A DNA stretch of 64,000 bases, from positions 62,001 to 126,000 of the forward strand of contig NIVC01001003.1 in assembly GCA_002269645.1 (NCBI GenBank), given 5' to 3'. Each line of letters opens with the position of its first letter. The first letter of the stretch is position 1. The position numbers and the translations under genes were made by a program. The notes beneath the pieces were generated by a model. That model was given only the letters and a program-made list of their open reading frames with translations, made no database searches and had not been told where the DNA came from. Shown here in pieces: positions 1 to 13,400 of this stretch. Source of the DNA: Macrostomum lignano (lineage: Eukaryota).

Positions 1-385
1 TCAGTTCCTACCGGCTCTAACCAGCTAACACCGGTGTCAATCAGTTCCTACCGGTTCTAACCAGCTAACACCGAAGTCAATCAGTTCCTACCGGTTCTAA
101 CCAGTCAACACCGGTGTCAATCAGTTCCTACCGGTTCTAACCAGTTAACACCGGTGTCAATCAGTTCCTACCGGTTCTAACCAGTTAACACCGGTGTCAA
201 TCAGTTCCTACCGGTTCTAACCAGTTAACACCGGTGTCAATCAGTTCCTACCGGTTCTAACCAGTTAACACCGGTGTCAATCAGTTCCTACCGGTTCTAA
301 CCAGTTAACACCGGTGTCAATCAGTTCCTACCGGTTCTAACCAGCTAACACCGGTGTCAATCAGTTCCTACCGGTTCTAACCAGT
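1..385. repeat. 40-bp minisatellite (probably an intron of the BMAL1-like gene)
   Basis: Unit TCAGTTCCTACCGGTTCTAACCAGTTAACACCGGTGTCAA. Confidence 0.95.
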
Positions 386-432
386 AAACTTTTGTTGCAA
401 CCAACCGACACCAACCGCCTAACGTGTCGCAG

Positions 433-3400
433 AACTTCGACGGCTTCATTCTGGTGATCGGCTGCGATAGGGCGAGAATTCTCTACGCTTCAAAAGGATC
501 GGACTGGCCGTCTAAGGACTCCAAGTGTCCGGAGTTCGAACCGGTAAGATATCAAAAGTTCAGCGTGTACTTTCAGAAAAAAAAACAATTTGCCTAACCA
601 AGCAACAACAACCGCTTTTTAGCGCGATCTGATTGGCCATAATCTGTTCGACATCGTTCATCCGAAAGATGTGAACCTTGTCAAGGAGCAGCTGGTGCAG
701 CCGGACTCGCTGCAGGATCTGGAAGGAGAGCAGCTTGGTGAGGAGAATGTGCTGTTGTCTTATAAAACTGAGATATGGCGATGGTCGTGAGCTTGAGACT
801 GAGACTGAAAGCAGTCGGAAACTGCACTGAGAAAGGGGAAACGGCAGTTGGAAACTACCCTGACCCTAGGGAGACGGCAGTTGGAAACTATCCTGACCTA
901 AGGGAGACGGCAGTTGGAAACTACCCTGACCTAAGGGAGACGGCAGTTGGAAACTATCCTGACCTAAGGGAGACGGCAGTTGGAAACTACCCTGACCTAA
1001 GGGAGACGGCAGTTGGAAACTACCCTGACCTAAGGGAGACGGCAGTTGGAAACTACCCTGACCTAAGGGAGACGGCAGTTGGAAACTACCTTGACCTAAG
1101 GGAGACGGCAGTTGGAAACTACCCTGACCTAAGGGAGACGGCAGTTGGAAACTACCCTGACCTAAGGGAGACGGCAGTTGGAAACTACCCTGACCTAAGG
1201 GAGACGGCAGTTGGAAACTATCCTGACCTAAGGGAGACGGCAGTTGGAAACTACCCTGACCTAAGGGAGACGGCAGTTGGAAACTACCCTGACCTAAGGG
1301 AGACGGCAGTTGGAAACTACCCTGACCTAAGGGAGACGGCAGTTGGAAACTACCCTGACCTAAGGGAGACGGCAGTTGGAAACTATCCTGACCTAAGGGA
1401 GACGGCAGTTGGAAACTACCCTGACCTAAGGGAGACGGCAGTTGGAAACTATCCTGACCTAAGGGAGACGGCAGTTGGAAACTACCCTGACCTAAGGGAG
1501 ACGGCAGTTGGAAACTACCCTGACCTAAGGGAGACGGCAGTTGGAAACTACCCTGAGGATGAGTAAACACTCTCATAAATCGATTATTTCAGCCTGCATC
1601 CCATGTTACAATTGCTAATTAACTGCACCCGCAGACCTGTCGGGAGTGAGTTTCGGCTTGCGCAGGCATTTCTACTGCCGCATCAGGACAGACGTTGGGC
1701 CCAGCTCAAGGCGGAGGGGAGGTGAGACACCAGCTGCCTGCATTCTCTTTTCACTCTCCCAAGTCCACCCCTTTTATTCCCTACCTCTCACCCGCTCTCT
1801 GTTCACCCGGTTGTTCCCCCGGCCTTCTGAAAAATGGCCCAGAGGCTTGAACCCAGTCTGCATGAAATTTAAGCAGGAGAAAAGTAACGCAAGCTTTTCA
1901 TCTACTCTCTACACGAGTATCCCCTCTACTCTCTTGCTTACCCACCCAATACTTTATTGCTACCCTAACTCTACTCTCTCTCTCTGTCTCTACCGTCACT
2001 GTACTCTCTCTATTGTCACTCTATTCTCTTTTATTCCATTCTACTCTCTCTACTTTCAGTCTACTCTCTCTACTTTCAGTCTACTCTCTCTACTTTCAGT
2101 CTACTCTCTCTACTTTCACTCTATTCTCTTTAATTCCATTCTACTCTCTCTACTTTCAGTCTACTCTCTCTACTTTCAGTCTACTCTCTCCACTTTCAGT
2201 CTACTCTCTCCACTTTCATTCTACTCTCTCTACCCTCAGTCTACTCTCTCCCTACTTTCACTGCCGAATCTACAACCAGATATTTTAATTGATTCAACCA
2301 ATCACCAGCTCTCAATAAAGCAACAATCCCGAATCGATTTCCACTCAGTGCTGCGCCAATATGAAGACTTGGACTGCTGCGGTTTCGTTCACTGGCCAAC
2401 GACAGAAGCCTCAACCTCAACCTCCGCCTCCGCCTCCGCCTCATCTAATGCTGGCGGAGAGCTCAAGCTAAAAGGCGGCACCGCGGCAGCGGCGGCAAAA
2501 CCGGAGCCAAAGCCGGTGGGCCAGCTGGTGCTGCTGTGCCGGCCGGCGGTCTCCGCCGATGCCGCCGCGGCCGCCGTGCCCGCCAGAACGAGGCCCGAGG
2601 CGGCGGCAAGGCAGTTCCACGCCCGGCTGACTCTGGAAGGCCGCATCTCTTGGGTGGACCTGCGGGTCACGCCTCTTCTGGGTGAGAACCGCCGCGTACC
2701 CCCTAGGGAAATCCGCCCCCTCTCCGACAGTATGGAAATCCGCCCCCTCTCTGACAGTATGGAAATCCGCCCCTTCTCCGACAGTATGGAAATCCGCTAC
2801 CCTCTCCGACAGTATGGAAATCCGCCTTCTCTCCGACAGTATGGAAATCCGCCCCCTCTCTGACAGTATGGAAATCCGCCCCTTCTCCGACAGTATGGAA
2901 ATCCGCCCCTTCTCCGACAGTATGGAAATCCACCCCCTCTTTGACAGTATGGAAATCCGCCCCCTCTCTGACAGTATGGAAATCCGCTACCCTCTCCGAC
3001 AGTATGGAAATCCACCCCCTCTCCGACAGTATGGAAATCCGCCCCCTCTCTGACAGTATGGAAATCCGCCCCTTCTCCGACAGTATGGAAATCCGCTACC
3101 CTCTCCGACAGTATGGAAATCCGCCTTCTCTCCGACAGTATGGAAATCCGCCCCCTCTCTGACAGTATGGAAATCCGCCCCTTCTCCGACAGTATGGAAA
3201 TCCGCCCCTTCTCCGACAGTATGGAAATCCACCCCCTCTTTGACAGTATGGAAATCCGCCCCCTCTCTGACAGTATGGAAATCCGCCCCCTCACTGACAG
3301 TATGGAAATCCGCTACCCTCTCCGACAGTACGGGAATCCGCCCCCTCTCCGACAGTACGGAAATCCGCCCCCTCTCACAGCTGACGGAAATCCGCCCCCT

Positions 3401-4975
3401 CTCACAGCTGACGGAAATCCGCCCCTTCAGACTTTATAGAAATTCTCCCCTCCTCCTAGACTCTGGAAAACCATCCACCCCAGACGCTATCGAAATCTGC
3501 ACTCCCTGGAACTCTATGGAAATCCGCCCCCTACTCCACTCACAATATGAAAACCCGCCCCTACTCCACTCACAATATGAAAACCCGCCCCTACTCCACT
3601 CACAATATGAAAACCCGCCCCTACTCCACTCACAATATGAAAACCCGCCCCTACTCCACTCACAATATGAAAACCCGCCCCTACTCCACTCACAATATGA
3701 AAACCCGCCCCTACTCCACTCACAATATGAAAACCCGCCCCTACTCCACTCACAATATGAAAACCCGCCCCTACTTCACTCACAATATGAAAACCCGCCC
3801 CTACTTCACTCACAATATGAAAACCCGCCCCTACTTCACTCACAATATGAAAACCCGCCCCTACTCCACTCACAATATGAAAATCCCCCCTACTTCACTC
3901 ACAATATGGAAATCCGCAGTCTTGCATAAACACAGCTTAGATAATTAATTGAACTATCCTGAAAAATTTTCACGTAGCATTTCATGTAAATAATGAATTA
4001 TATTTTGAAGAGTCAAGTGAGAAGGAGTTCTATCTGTATTTTGAAACTCAACAACGGCGGCCAAGCGTAACAATAATATGTTTATTAAGATTGGACGGTT
4101 TCGAAAACAAGCGAAATGGATAGATAGTATGGCACGGATAAACAGTTGAGTACGGGCGCACCTAGCAACTGCCTAGGGTGTCCCTCCAGTAATCGCATCC
4201 TCTTTTAGCAACCTTGGTCCTCCTTCTGCGTCCATAGCAATCATGTTCTTCCTTTGAGCGTCCGTAGCAACCATGCTCCCATTTTGCGTCCTTAACAGCC
4301 CCATAACCCCATTTAGTTGTTATGGCCACCATGTTCTTTTTAGCGTCCATAGCAACCTTATTCCTCGTTTAGTGCCCATACCAACCATGCTACCCGTTTA
4401 GTGGCCATAGCAAACAACCATGCTCTCCGTTTAGCGCCCATAGCCACCAACCATGCTCTCCGTTTAGCGCCCATAGCAACCATGCCATCCGTCCAATCGC
4501 AGGCCACCTGCCGCAGGACCTACAAGACGGCTCTCTATACGACCTGGTCAGCCGCGAGGACCTCCATCTGCTGTCCGTGGCGCACGCCTCGGCGCTCAAA
4601 TCCGACCGGAGCCGCGTCACCCTGCAGCAGTGCCGCCTGCACAGCGGCTGGTCCAACGGCGAGCCGGCCGTGTGCAGCCTGTCGCTGCAGTGCTTCGCCA
4701 ATCCGCTGACGCAGAGTCCGGAGTTTCTCAGCCTGACTGGGACGCTGGCCGAGGCGGGGCGCGGGCGGCTGGTCAGGCCGTGCAGTCGGACTGGCGCTGG
4801 CGGTGACGATGCAGAGGCGGAAGCTGCGCAGATCTATTTCAAGGAGGATCAGGCACAGCAGGACGTCAATGGCGACGAATTGAATGGCGAGAACGAAGGC
4901 GAGGAAGCGACGCCTCAGGACGAGGCTTTTGTCGATTCTGGCGCGCCGCTGCCGCTGATGGGACAACCGTTTTAG
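433..4975 (+). CDS. BMAL1: bHLH-PAS transcription factor, BMAL1/CYCLE-like; 3' five exons (PAS-A, PAS-B/PAC); 5' end lies upstream of the window
   Basis: Exons 433-543, 623-737, 1635-1721, 2349-2681, 4503-4975 have GT-AG ends and compatible phases (0,1,1,1). Peptides FDGFILVIGCDRARILYAS, RDLIGHNLFDIVHPKDVNLVKEQL (BMAL1 [24 protein letters not shown]), FGLRRHFYCRI (BMAL1 SGARRSFFCRM), RLTLEGRISWVDLRVTPLLGHLPQDL and FANPLTQSPEF (BMAL1 FMNPWTKEVEY). Confidence 0.8.
835..1556. repeat. 33-bp intronic minisatellite
   Basis: Unit GAGACGGCAGTTGGAAACTACCCTGACCTAAGG; explains ORFs 775-1566 and 866-1576. Confidence 0.95.
1965..2262. repeat. 20-bp pyrimidine-rich intronic minisatellite
   Basis: Unit CTACTCTCTCTACTTTCAGT. 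Confidence 0.9.
2706..3915. repeat. Two adjacent related 29-30-bp intronic minisatellites
   Basis: GACAGTATGGAAATCCGCCCC.. (2706-3432) and CACAATATGAAAACCCGCCCCTACTCCACT (3512-3915). Confidence 0.95.
4200..4490. repeat. Degenerate intronic tandem repeat
   Basis: Recurrent CCATAGCAACCATGCTC..TTTAGCG. Confidence 0.7.
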
Positions 4976-5212
4976 CGAGTGCCGAAGTACATATGCACTC
5001 TCGCTCCCCTTATGCACTGTTCTGTCTACTTGAAGCACCGGTCTTTATTAACTCTCTCGGGTATTACTAACTGCGCATTCAACATGCCGCAACCATGATC
5101 AAATCTTGAATTAGTTTGTATAAAAATTACACACTCCATTTTTTAATTCGATCTACAAGCAGGTAGGTACCTCGGCAGCTCAAAAACCTTAAACAGTCAC
5201 CTGAATTGAAGC

Positions 5213-6162
5213 TCAACCATCCTTAAACAGCCATGAGAACTGCACCTCAACCATCCTGAAACAGCCCTGAGAACTGCACCTCAACCATCCTGAAACAGCC
5301 CTGAGAACTGCACCTCAACCATCCTTAAACAGCCATGAGAACTGCACCTCAACCATCCTGAAACAGCCCTGAGAACTGCACCTCAACCATCCTGAAACAG
5401 CCCTGAGAACTGCACCTCAACCATCCTTAAACAGCCATGAGAACTGCACCTCAACCATCCTGAAACAGCCCTGAGAACTGCACCTCAACCATCCTGAAAC
5501 AGCCCTGAGAACTGCACCTCAACCATCCTTAAACAGCCATGAGAACTGCACCTCAACCATCCTGAAACAGCCCTGAGAACTGCACCTCAACCATCCTGAA
5601 ACAGCCCTGAGAACTGCACCTCAACCATCCTTAAACAGCCATGAGAACTGCACCTCAACCATCCTGAAACAGCCCTGAGAACTGCACCTCAACCATCCTG
5701 AAACAGCCCTGAGAACTGCACCTCAACCATCCTTAAACAGCCATGAGAACTGCACCTCAACCATCCTGAAACAGCCCTGAGAACTGCACCTCAACCATCC
5801 TGAAACAGCCCTGAGAACTGCACCTCAACCATCCTTAAACAGCCATGAGAACTGCACCTCAACCATCCTGAAACAGCCCTGAGAACTGCACCTCAACCAT
5901 CCTGAAACAGCCCTGAGAACTGCACCTCAACCATCCTTAAACAGCCATGAGAACTGCACCTCAACCATCCTGAAACAGCCCTGAGAACTGCACCTCAACC
6001 ATCCTGAAACAGCCCTGAGAACTGCACCTCAACCATCCTTAAACAGCCATGAGAACTGCACCTCAACCATCCTGAAACAGCCCTGAGAACTGCACCTCAA
6101 CCATCCTGAAACAGCCCTGAGAACTGCACCTCAACCATCCTGAAACAGCCCTGAGAACTGCA
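5213..6162. repeat. 34-bp minisatellite with a 102-bp ABB higher-order period
   Basis: Variant A (CCTTAAACAGCCATG) recurs at 5221, 5323, 5425 ... 6037. Confidence 0.95.
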
Positions 6163-6585
6163 TTGCACTTAATAGACAATATATGCGATACTTTTAGAAG
6201 ATAAAGAGATGTGCTAAATAGATTTAGCAGAATTCTATTGCTGAAGTTCATCACTGTTCTAAAGGCGGTTACTCGTACTCTAAGAGACAGCATTATAACA
6301 TGTTTTGGATCCCAGCGTTTGCTCAGCAAGTGTCCAAGTCAATAATGAATTTCATTATAAACCCATGTTAAATTAGTAATTTACTTTGACTATAGTTATT
6401 TTATTTTAATTCAATTTGGCTTCTGTCGCTTTATATGTATACTTATCATTAAATAGTAAAAATATAAAGTATAACACAATATTAACTTGCCAGACCTTAC
6501 CACATTCGCATTGAGCGCATGGTGAATATTCAATATAAATGGTTTGTTTTATTCTGAAGATGCCGAAAAATGTGTCAAATAAGAA

Positions 6586-7965
6586 ACCCTGACCAAACCG
6601 TGGAGTTCCTGACGCAGAATCTGGACAGGAGAACCCTGACCAAACCGTGGAGTTCCTGACGCAGAACCTGGACAGGAGAACCCTGACCAAACCGTGGAGT
6701 TCCTGACGCAGAACCTGGACAGGAGAACCCTGACCAAACCGTGGAGTTCCTGACGCAGAACCTGGACAGGAGAACCTTGACCAAACCGTGGAGTGCCTGA
6801 CGCAGAACCTGGACAGGAGAACCCTGACCAAACCGTGGAGTTCCTGACGCAGAACCTGGACAGGAGAACCCTGACCAAACCGTGGAGTGCCAGACGCAGA
6901 ACCTGGACAGGAGAACCCTGACCAAACCGTGGAGTTCCTGACGCAGAACCTGGACAGGAGAACCCTGACCAAACCGTGGAGTTCCTGACGCAGAACCTGG
7001 ACAGGAGACCCCCCCCTGACCAAACCGTGGAGTGCCAGACGCAGAACCTGGACAGGAGAACCCTGACCAAACCGTGGAGTGCCAGACGCAGAACCTGGAC
7101 AGGAGAACCCCCCTGACCAAACCGTGGAGTGCCAGACGCAGAACCTGGACAGGAGAACCCCCCCTGACCAAACCGTGGAGTGCCAGACGCAGAACCTGGA
7201 CAGGAGAACCCTGACCAAACCGTGGAGTGCCAGACGCAGAACCTGGATAGGAGAACCCTGACCAAACCGTGGAGTTCCTGACGCAGAACCTGGACAGGAG
7301 AACCCTGACCAAACCGTGGAGTTCCTGACGCAGAACCTGGACAGGAGAACCCTGACCAAACCGTGGAGTTCCTGACGCAGAACCTGGACAGGAGAACCTT
7401 GACCAAACCGTGGAGTGCCTGACGCAGAACCTGGACAGGAGACCCCCCCCTGACCAAACCGTGGAGTGCCAGACGCAGAACCTGGACAGGAGAACCCTGA
7501 CCAAACCGTGGAGTGCCAGACGCAGAACCTGGACAGGAGAACCCCCTGACCAAACCGTGGAGTGCCAGACGCAGAACCTGGACAGGAGAACCCCCCTGAC
7601 CAAACCGTGGAGTGCCAGACGCAGAACCTGGACAGGAGAACCCTGACCAAACCGTGGAGTGCCAGACGCAGAACCTAGACAGGAGAACCCCCCTGACCAA
7701 ACCGTGGAGTGCCAGACGCAGAACCTGGACAGGAGAACCCTGACCAAACCGTGGAGTGCCAGACGCAGAACCTGGACAGGAGAACCCTGACCAAACCGTG
7801 GAGTTCCTGACGCAGAACCTGGACAGGAGAACCTTGACCAAACCGTGGAGTGCCTGACGCAGAATCTGGACAGGAGAACCCTGACCAAACCGTGGAGTGC
7901 CAGACGCAGAACCTGGACAGGAGAACCCTGACCAAACCGTGGAGTTCCAGACGCAGAATCTGGAT
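6586..7965. repeat. 47-bp minisatellite with a variable C-run
   Basis: Unit CCCTGACCAAACCGTGGAGTTCCTGACGCAGAACCTGGACAGGAGAA. Confidence 0.95.
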
Positions 7966-8785
7966 AGTAAACTCCGGACCAATCTAGTCAGAATACAAGA
8001 ACTTACGTAACTTTTAATGGCCAGTTAGTCACATTAGTAAAAAGCTGCATTAAAATCATTGACAGACGAGGTCAACACCTGTATAATTTATGGATTAAAT
8101 TTCACTGCTCAGCAATTATCTTTCTGTATATTGTATATAAGAGTAGCAATCATGTGCAGACAAAAATTGAACAGTTCGTCAACAGCAGGGACTGTTTACG
8201 AGTACGCCATGAGCTCATGCTGTAATATTCCAAAAATAGACAGAAATAGACAATATGTCCCAGTCAAACTACTGAAAATCAGTCTAGGTTTTGCTCATCA
8301 CGGGCAAAAATGACAACACTAATAAATATAGTAATAATAATATAATAGTACACAATTAATAACAATTATTCAACTACAAAGAGGATAAACTTCCCTACAT
8401 AACTAATTAAAAACGTTACTGATGATGCTACTAGGATAGAATTATAAACCTTATTGAGAGTAGCACTACGATAAAACAAAAAATGCACAGAAAAATAATC
8501 AAACTTGATTTTTTAAAACTCCTATTGACAAATATTAATTATAGTTGGTGATAATTTATAGATGCTTAAATTAGGCTCACAGTTTGGCACAAAGCAACAG
8601 ACGGCTCATCAAAAATTAAATCTAATTTCCAATTACTGCTTACAAATAGTGCGACTTTATTGCGACAATTCTTTCTGCTAAGTTAGTAGTAAAGTAGGGG
8701 TTTTCTCGCTTAATTACATTTCAAAACTACAATTAATCATTAATAAGAAACAAAAGGTTGCAGTTATAAAAATAGAAGAACTGAG

Positions 8786-9290
8786 ATGATGTGTCCACGA
8801 TGTGTCCGCAGCTACAATCACAATTATCTATGATGTGTCCGCAGGTCCAACCCCAAAATATCCATGATGTGTCCGCAGGTCCAACCCCAAATTATCCATG
8901 ATGTGTCCGCAGGTCCAACCCCAAATTATCCATGATGTGTCCGCAGGTCCAACCCCAAATTATCCATGATGTGTCCGCAGGTCCAACCCCAAATTATCCA
9001 TGATGTGTCCGCAGGTCCAACCCCAAATTATCCATGATGTGTCCGCAGGTCCAACCCCAAATTATCCATGATGTGTCCGCAGGTCCAACCCCAAATTATC
9101 TGCGATGAGTCCGCAGGTCCAACCCCAAATTATCCATGATGTGTCCGCAGGTCCAACCCCAAATTATCCATGATGTGTCCGCAGGTCCAACCCCAAATTA
9201 TCCATGATGTGTCCGCAGGTCCAACCCCAAATTATCCATGATGTGTCCGCAGGTCCAACCCCAAATTATCTGCGATGAGTCCGCAGGTCC
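8786..9290. repeat. 34-bp minisatellite
   Basis: Unit CCAACCCCAAATTATCCATGATGTGTCCGCAGGT. Confidence 0.95.
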
Positions 9291-9707
9291 ACAATAAGAT
9301 CTATTGCTTGCATAAGACACAGAGATACAAAGCACCATTAACAATAGAGAAAAACACAGTTTGCTGCAGGTAGGAAAACAAACAATTTCTAAAGTTGTAC
9401 AAGCAGACGCTGAAGACCAAAAGAAGTCGAATAAACAAAATTTAGTAAGAAAAAATACAAAGCAAACTCAAGGGTTAATGAGGATCAGGTTTTTACAAAG
9501 CTAAATAATTTTAACAATATAGCAACAACACGAAAAAACCAGAGTAACACAGAAACAAAAAGGCTTCCTTCTACAGTTGGGGACTCATTGGCTACAGGCG
9601 ACAGACAGAATTGCGACAGGTTAACAGCAAAACAATATAGAAATACGAAAGCAGTATAGAACAGAGGCTAACTAATCAAACATATTTAAATGAGGTGCTG
9701 CCAAACT

Positions 9708-10022
9708 AGAGGATCTGGAGGGCTGGCGGTGGTGGCACAGCAACTGACACTCTGGGAGGTTGGCCCAGCAAATGAGGATCTGGGAGGCTGGCCCAGCAAC
9801 TGAGGATCTGGGAGGCTGGCCCAGCAACTGAGGATCTGGGAGGCTGGCCCAGCAACTGAGGATCTGGGAGGCTGGCCCAGCAACTGAGGATCTGGGAGGC
9901 TGGCCCAGCAACTGAGGATCTGGGAGGCTGGCCCAGCAACTGAGGATCTGGGAGGCTGGCCCAGCAACTGAGGATCTGGGAGGCTGGCCCAGCAACTGAG
10001 GATCTTGGAGGCTGGCGGTAGC
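9708..10022. repeat. 28-bp GGATCTGGGA-family minisatellite downstream of PPP6R
   Basis: Unit GAGGATCTGGGAGGCTGGCCCAGCAACT. Confidence 0.95.
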
Positions 10023-10492
10023 CCAGCCTTACGAGTAGCATCAATCACTCGCTAGGTGAACAAAAATGTCAGTTACACAGAGCAAACAGACATCACGAAA
10101 CAGACGCAAAGTCACCCGCAAATTTATAAAAAAACTTAATCAAAAAAGGGAAGTCACGCAGACAGAGAAAAGGGGAACAGGACAAGCGGGTGTCAGGAAT
10201 ATACAATAGTAGCAAAATATATAACATCACTAACGCCACAGCACAAAAGAATGGTTAGTTATACAAAACACAAGTGCGCCATAGAGGGAACAGTGCCTAG
10301 TCGTCACGTGAGAACAGTTCACTACCGGGTGTATCGGGGAACAGTTATTAGCTCTCACTATACATTACATGCACATTCAGGATGGTTGCGGCAGCAATGA
10401 GACGGTGGAGAAGCAGAGACGGGGCTTTGAAAGTGTAAGAGCACACGCAAACTGACGGAAGCATTCAGCGGCGCGGAGGTTCGCTCGCTGGC

Positions 10493-13400
10493 TCAGCTGG
10501 CAGTCTGATCGCCTCCCGCGGCTGCGGCTGCGGCGGCGTCCTCGGCAGGCAGCATGAGCTGCTCCAAATTGGTGAACTCTGGACAGCCTTCGGCGGATTC
10601 GGCTGCATCAGCGGAAGCGTCCAGCTTGACTGTCGCCGCGTCCGCTGCAGTTGGCGTCTCCGCCTGAGCTTCAGATGCTTCGGAGGCTTCAGCGGCAGCT
10701 TCGGCTTCCGCTCTCCGACGTGCGCCGCCCGACAAGATGACAGCCGGTCCGATGCCGTCTTCTTCTTCTTCGTCATCATCGTCCTCATCGTCGTCGTCTT
10801 CGACTTCGACAATGTCGACAGCGTCGCCCTCTAAAACTTGATCATCATCGTCGCCGTCGCCTTCGCCTTCGTCGCTGGAGTCGCCGCCGAGAATATTGAC
10901 GGGCGATCTTGGCGGCGTCCTTGGCAACTGCTGCTCATCATTCTCGTTGTCGATGTCGGCAGCGCCGATAAGTCGGGGAACGACAACAGCTGTAGTCGCC
11001 ATCGCCGCCGATGCACCACCAGCAGCAGAAGCAGTGGTGGGAGTTCTCGGCGTTGTCACCCTGAAATTATCGTCGTCAATTTCGCCGTTTTCTTCGCCGA
11101 CTACAACGTTGTCGTCGTCGATTGTCGTCGACATAGCCGCGGCCGCAGCTGCTGCGGCGGCGCTGTTATTATCGTCATCGTCGTCGTCCTCGTCGTCGTA
11201 CTGTTGAATCTGGGAGTTGCACGCCTGGTCGAACATGGTGGCGTTGTCGGCGTCCTCCGGCGTCGGGGTGGTGAAGTCCAGGCTGGACACCTGTACGGGG
11301 GCGATGGCAAAGTCTTTGCTGCAACAGAAGATTCCAGGACGCTTCCAGTCCGGTGATGGGGTTCCAGGGGTCCATGATAAATTGATGAAAAACGGCCGTT
11401 AGTAGCCTTTGGCGCCATACTCTAATATAGCTACTCATTCAATTCAGTAGTATGGCATTCGGCTCCATGCTCTATTATAGCTACTCATTCAATTCAGTAG
11501 TATGGCATTCGGCTCCATGCTCTATTATAGCTACTCATTCAATTCAGTAGTATGGCATTCGGCTCCATGCTCTATTATAGCTACTCATTCAATTCAGTAG
11601 TATGGCATTCGGCTCCATGCTCTATTATAGCTACTCATTCAATTCAGTAGTATGGCATTCGGCTCCATACTCTATTATAGCTACTCATTCAATTCAGTAG
11701 TATGGCATTCGGCTCCATGCTCTATTATAGCTACTCATTAAATTCAGTAGTATGGCATTCGGCTCCATACTCTATTATAGCTACTCATTCAATTCAGTAG
11801 TATGGCATTCGGCTCCATGCTCTATTATAGCTACTCATTCAATTCAGTAGTATGGCATTCGGCTCCATACTCTATTATAGCTACTCATTCAATTCAGTAG
11901 TATGGCATTCGGCTCCATACTCTATTATAGCTACTCATTCAATTCAGTAGTATGGCATTCGGCTCCATACTCTATTATAGCTACTCATTCAATTCAGTAG
12001 TATGGCATTCGGCTCCATGCTCTATTATAGCTACTCATTCAATTCAGTAGTATGGCATTCGGCTCCATGCTGGTGAGTCTGTAGTATTGAATTTAGTAGA
12101 CCAAAATGCATTGAAATGAGTGATAAAGCCACTAACCTTATCGTCGAAGATGGCTTCAACTCGATCGTACGGCTCGTTAAATTCGTCCTCTTGAAAGCCG
12201 AAATGGTCGGGGAAATTGCTAGTCAATTGTTTAGCCTGAAACTCGGCGTAGGCGTGATGCAGCGCCTGCAGGGGTGACGCGTCGATCGAGTAGGGAGTTG
12301 AGTCGTCCTCCTGGCTGCTCAACGGAGAGGCGACAATGACGCTTCGCCGATTGAGCTCGGCCAGATCCGACTCTGTCCAGGCCTTCCATCGTTCGCGCAA
12401 CGATTCATCTAATTGGTTGAACGCTTCGGCCAGGTGTTCCCGACTGCCGGTTCCGTTTGATGTCGCCGCCGTAGTCGTGGGAGTTGCGGCAGCCGCTAGG
12501 GCGTCGTTCAAACAGTTGGCCAAGCGGGCCAGGTGGCCCAGGTAGCCGAGGCGGCGGCTGTTGCAGGTGGCGGCCGTCTGCTCTTTGCCAGCCTCCTTAG
12601 CACCATCAGCCGTGCCGTCTAGACTGTCGGCGCCGCCGCTGACGCTGCCCGCAACGGTTGGCTGAGCAAACGAGTCGAGCAGGCGGCCGAGCAGGTTGGC
12701 CTCCACAAGCAGTTGGCGAAGCAGCAGCGTCTGGGAGAGCGCATTGGTTCGGAGTTCAGAATAGGATTGTGCAGATACATTGTTAATATTAATCCCTTTA
12801 AATTTGATATATTTTGGCTGGCCTAACCTAAGGATCTGGGAGAGACTGGCCTAACCTAAGGATCTGGGAGAGACTGGCCTAACCTAAGGATCTGGGAGAG
12901 ACTGGCCTAACCTAAGGATCTGGGAGAGGCTGGCCTAACCTAAGGATCTGGTAGAGGCTGGCCTAACCTAAGGATCTGGGAGAGGCTGGCCTAACCTAAG
13001 GATCTGGGAGAGGCTGGCCTAACCTAAGGATGATCTGGGAGAGGCTGGCCTAACCTAAGGATGATCTGGGAGAGGCTGGCCTAACCTAAGGATCTAGGAG
13101 AGGCTGGCCTAACCTAAGGATGATCTGGGAGAGACTGGCCTAGCTAACCTAAGGATCTGGGAGAGACTGACCTAGCTAACCTAAGGATCTGGGAGAGGCT
13201 GGCCTAGCTAACCTAAGGATCTGGGAGAGGCTGGCCTAGCTAACCTAAGGATCTGGGAGAGGCTGGCCTAACCTAAGGATCTGGGAGAGGCTGGCCTAGC
13301 TAACCTAAGGATCTGGGAGAGGCTGGCCTAACCTAAGGATGATCTGGGAGAGGCTGGCCTAACCTAAGAATCTGGGAGAGGCTGGCCTAACCTAAGGATC

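Noticed and set aside
6545-6585. Hammerhead-like CTGAAGA..GAAA
   Set aside because: No stem II can form between the core segments.
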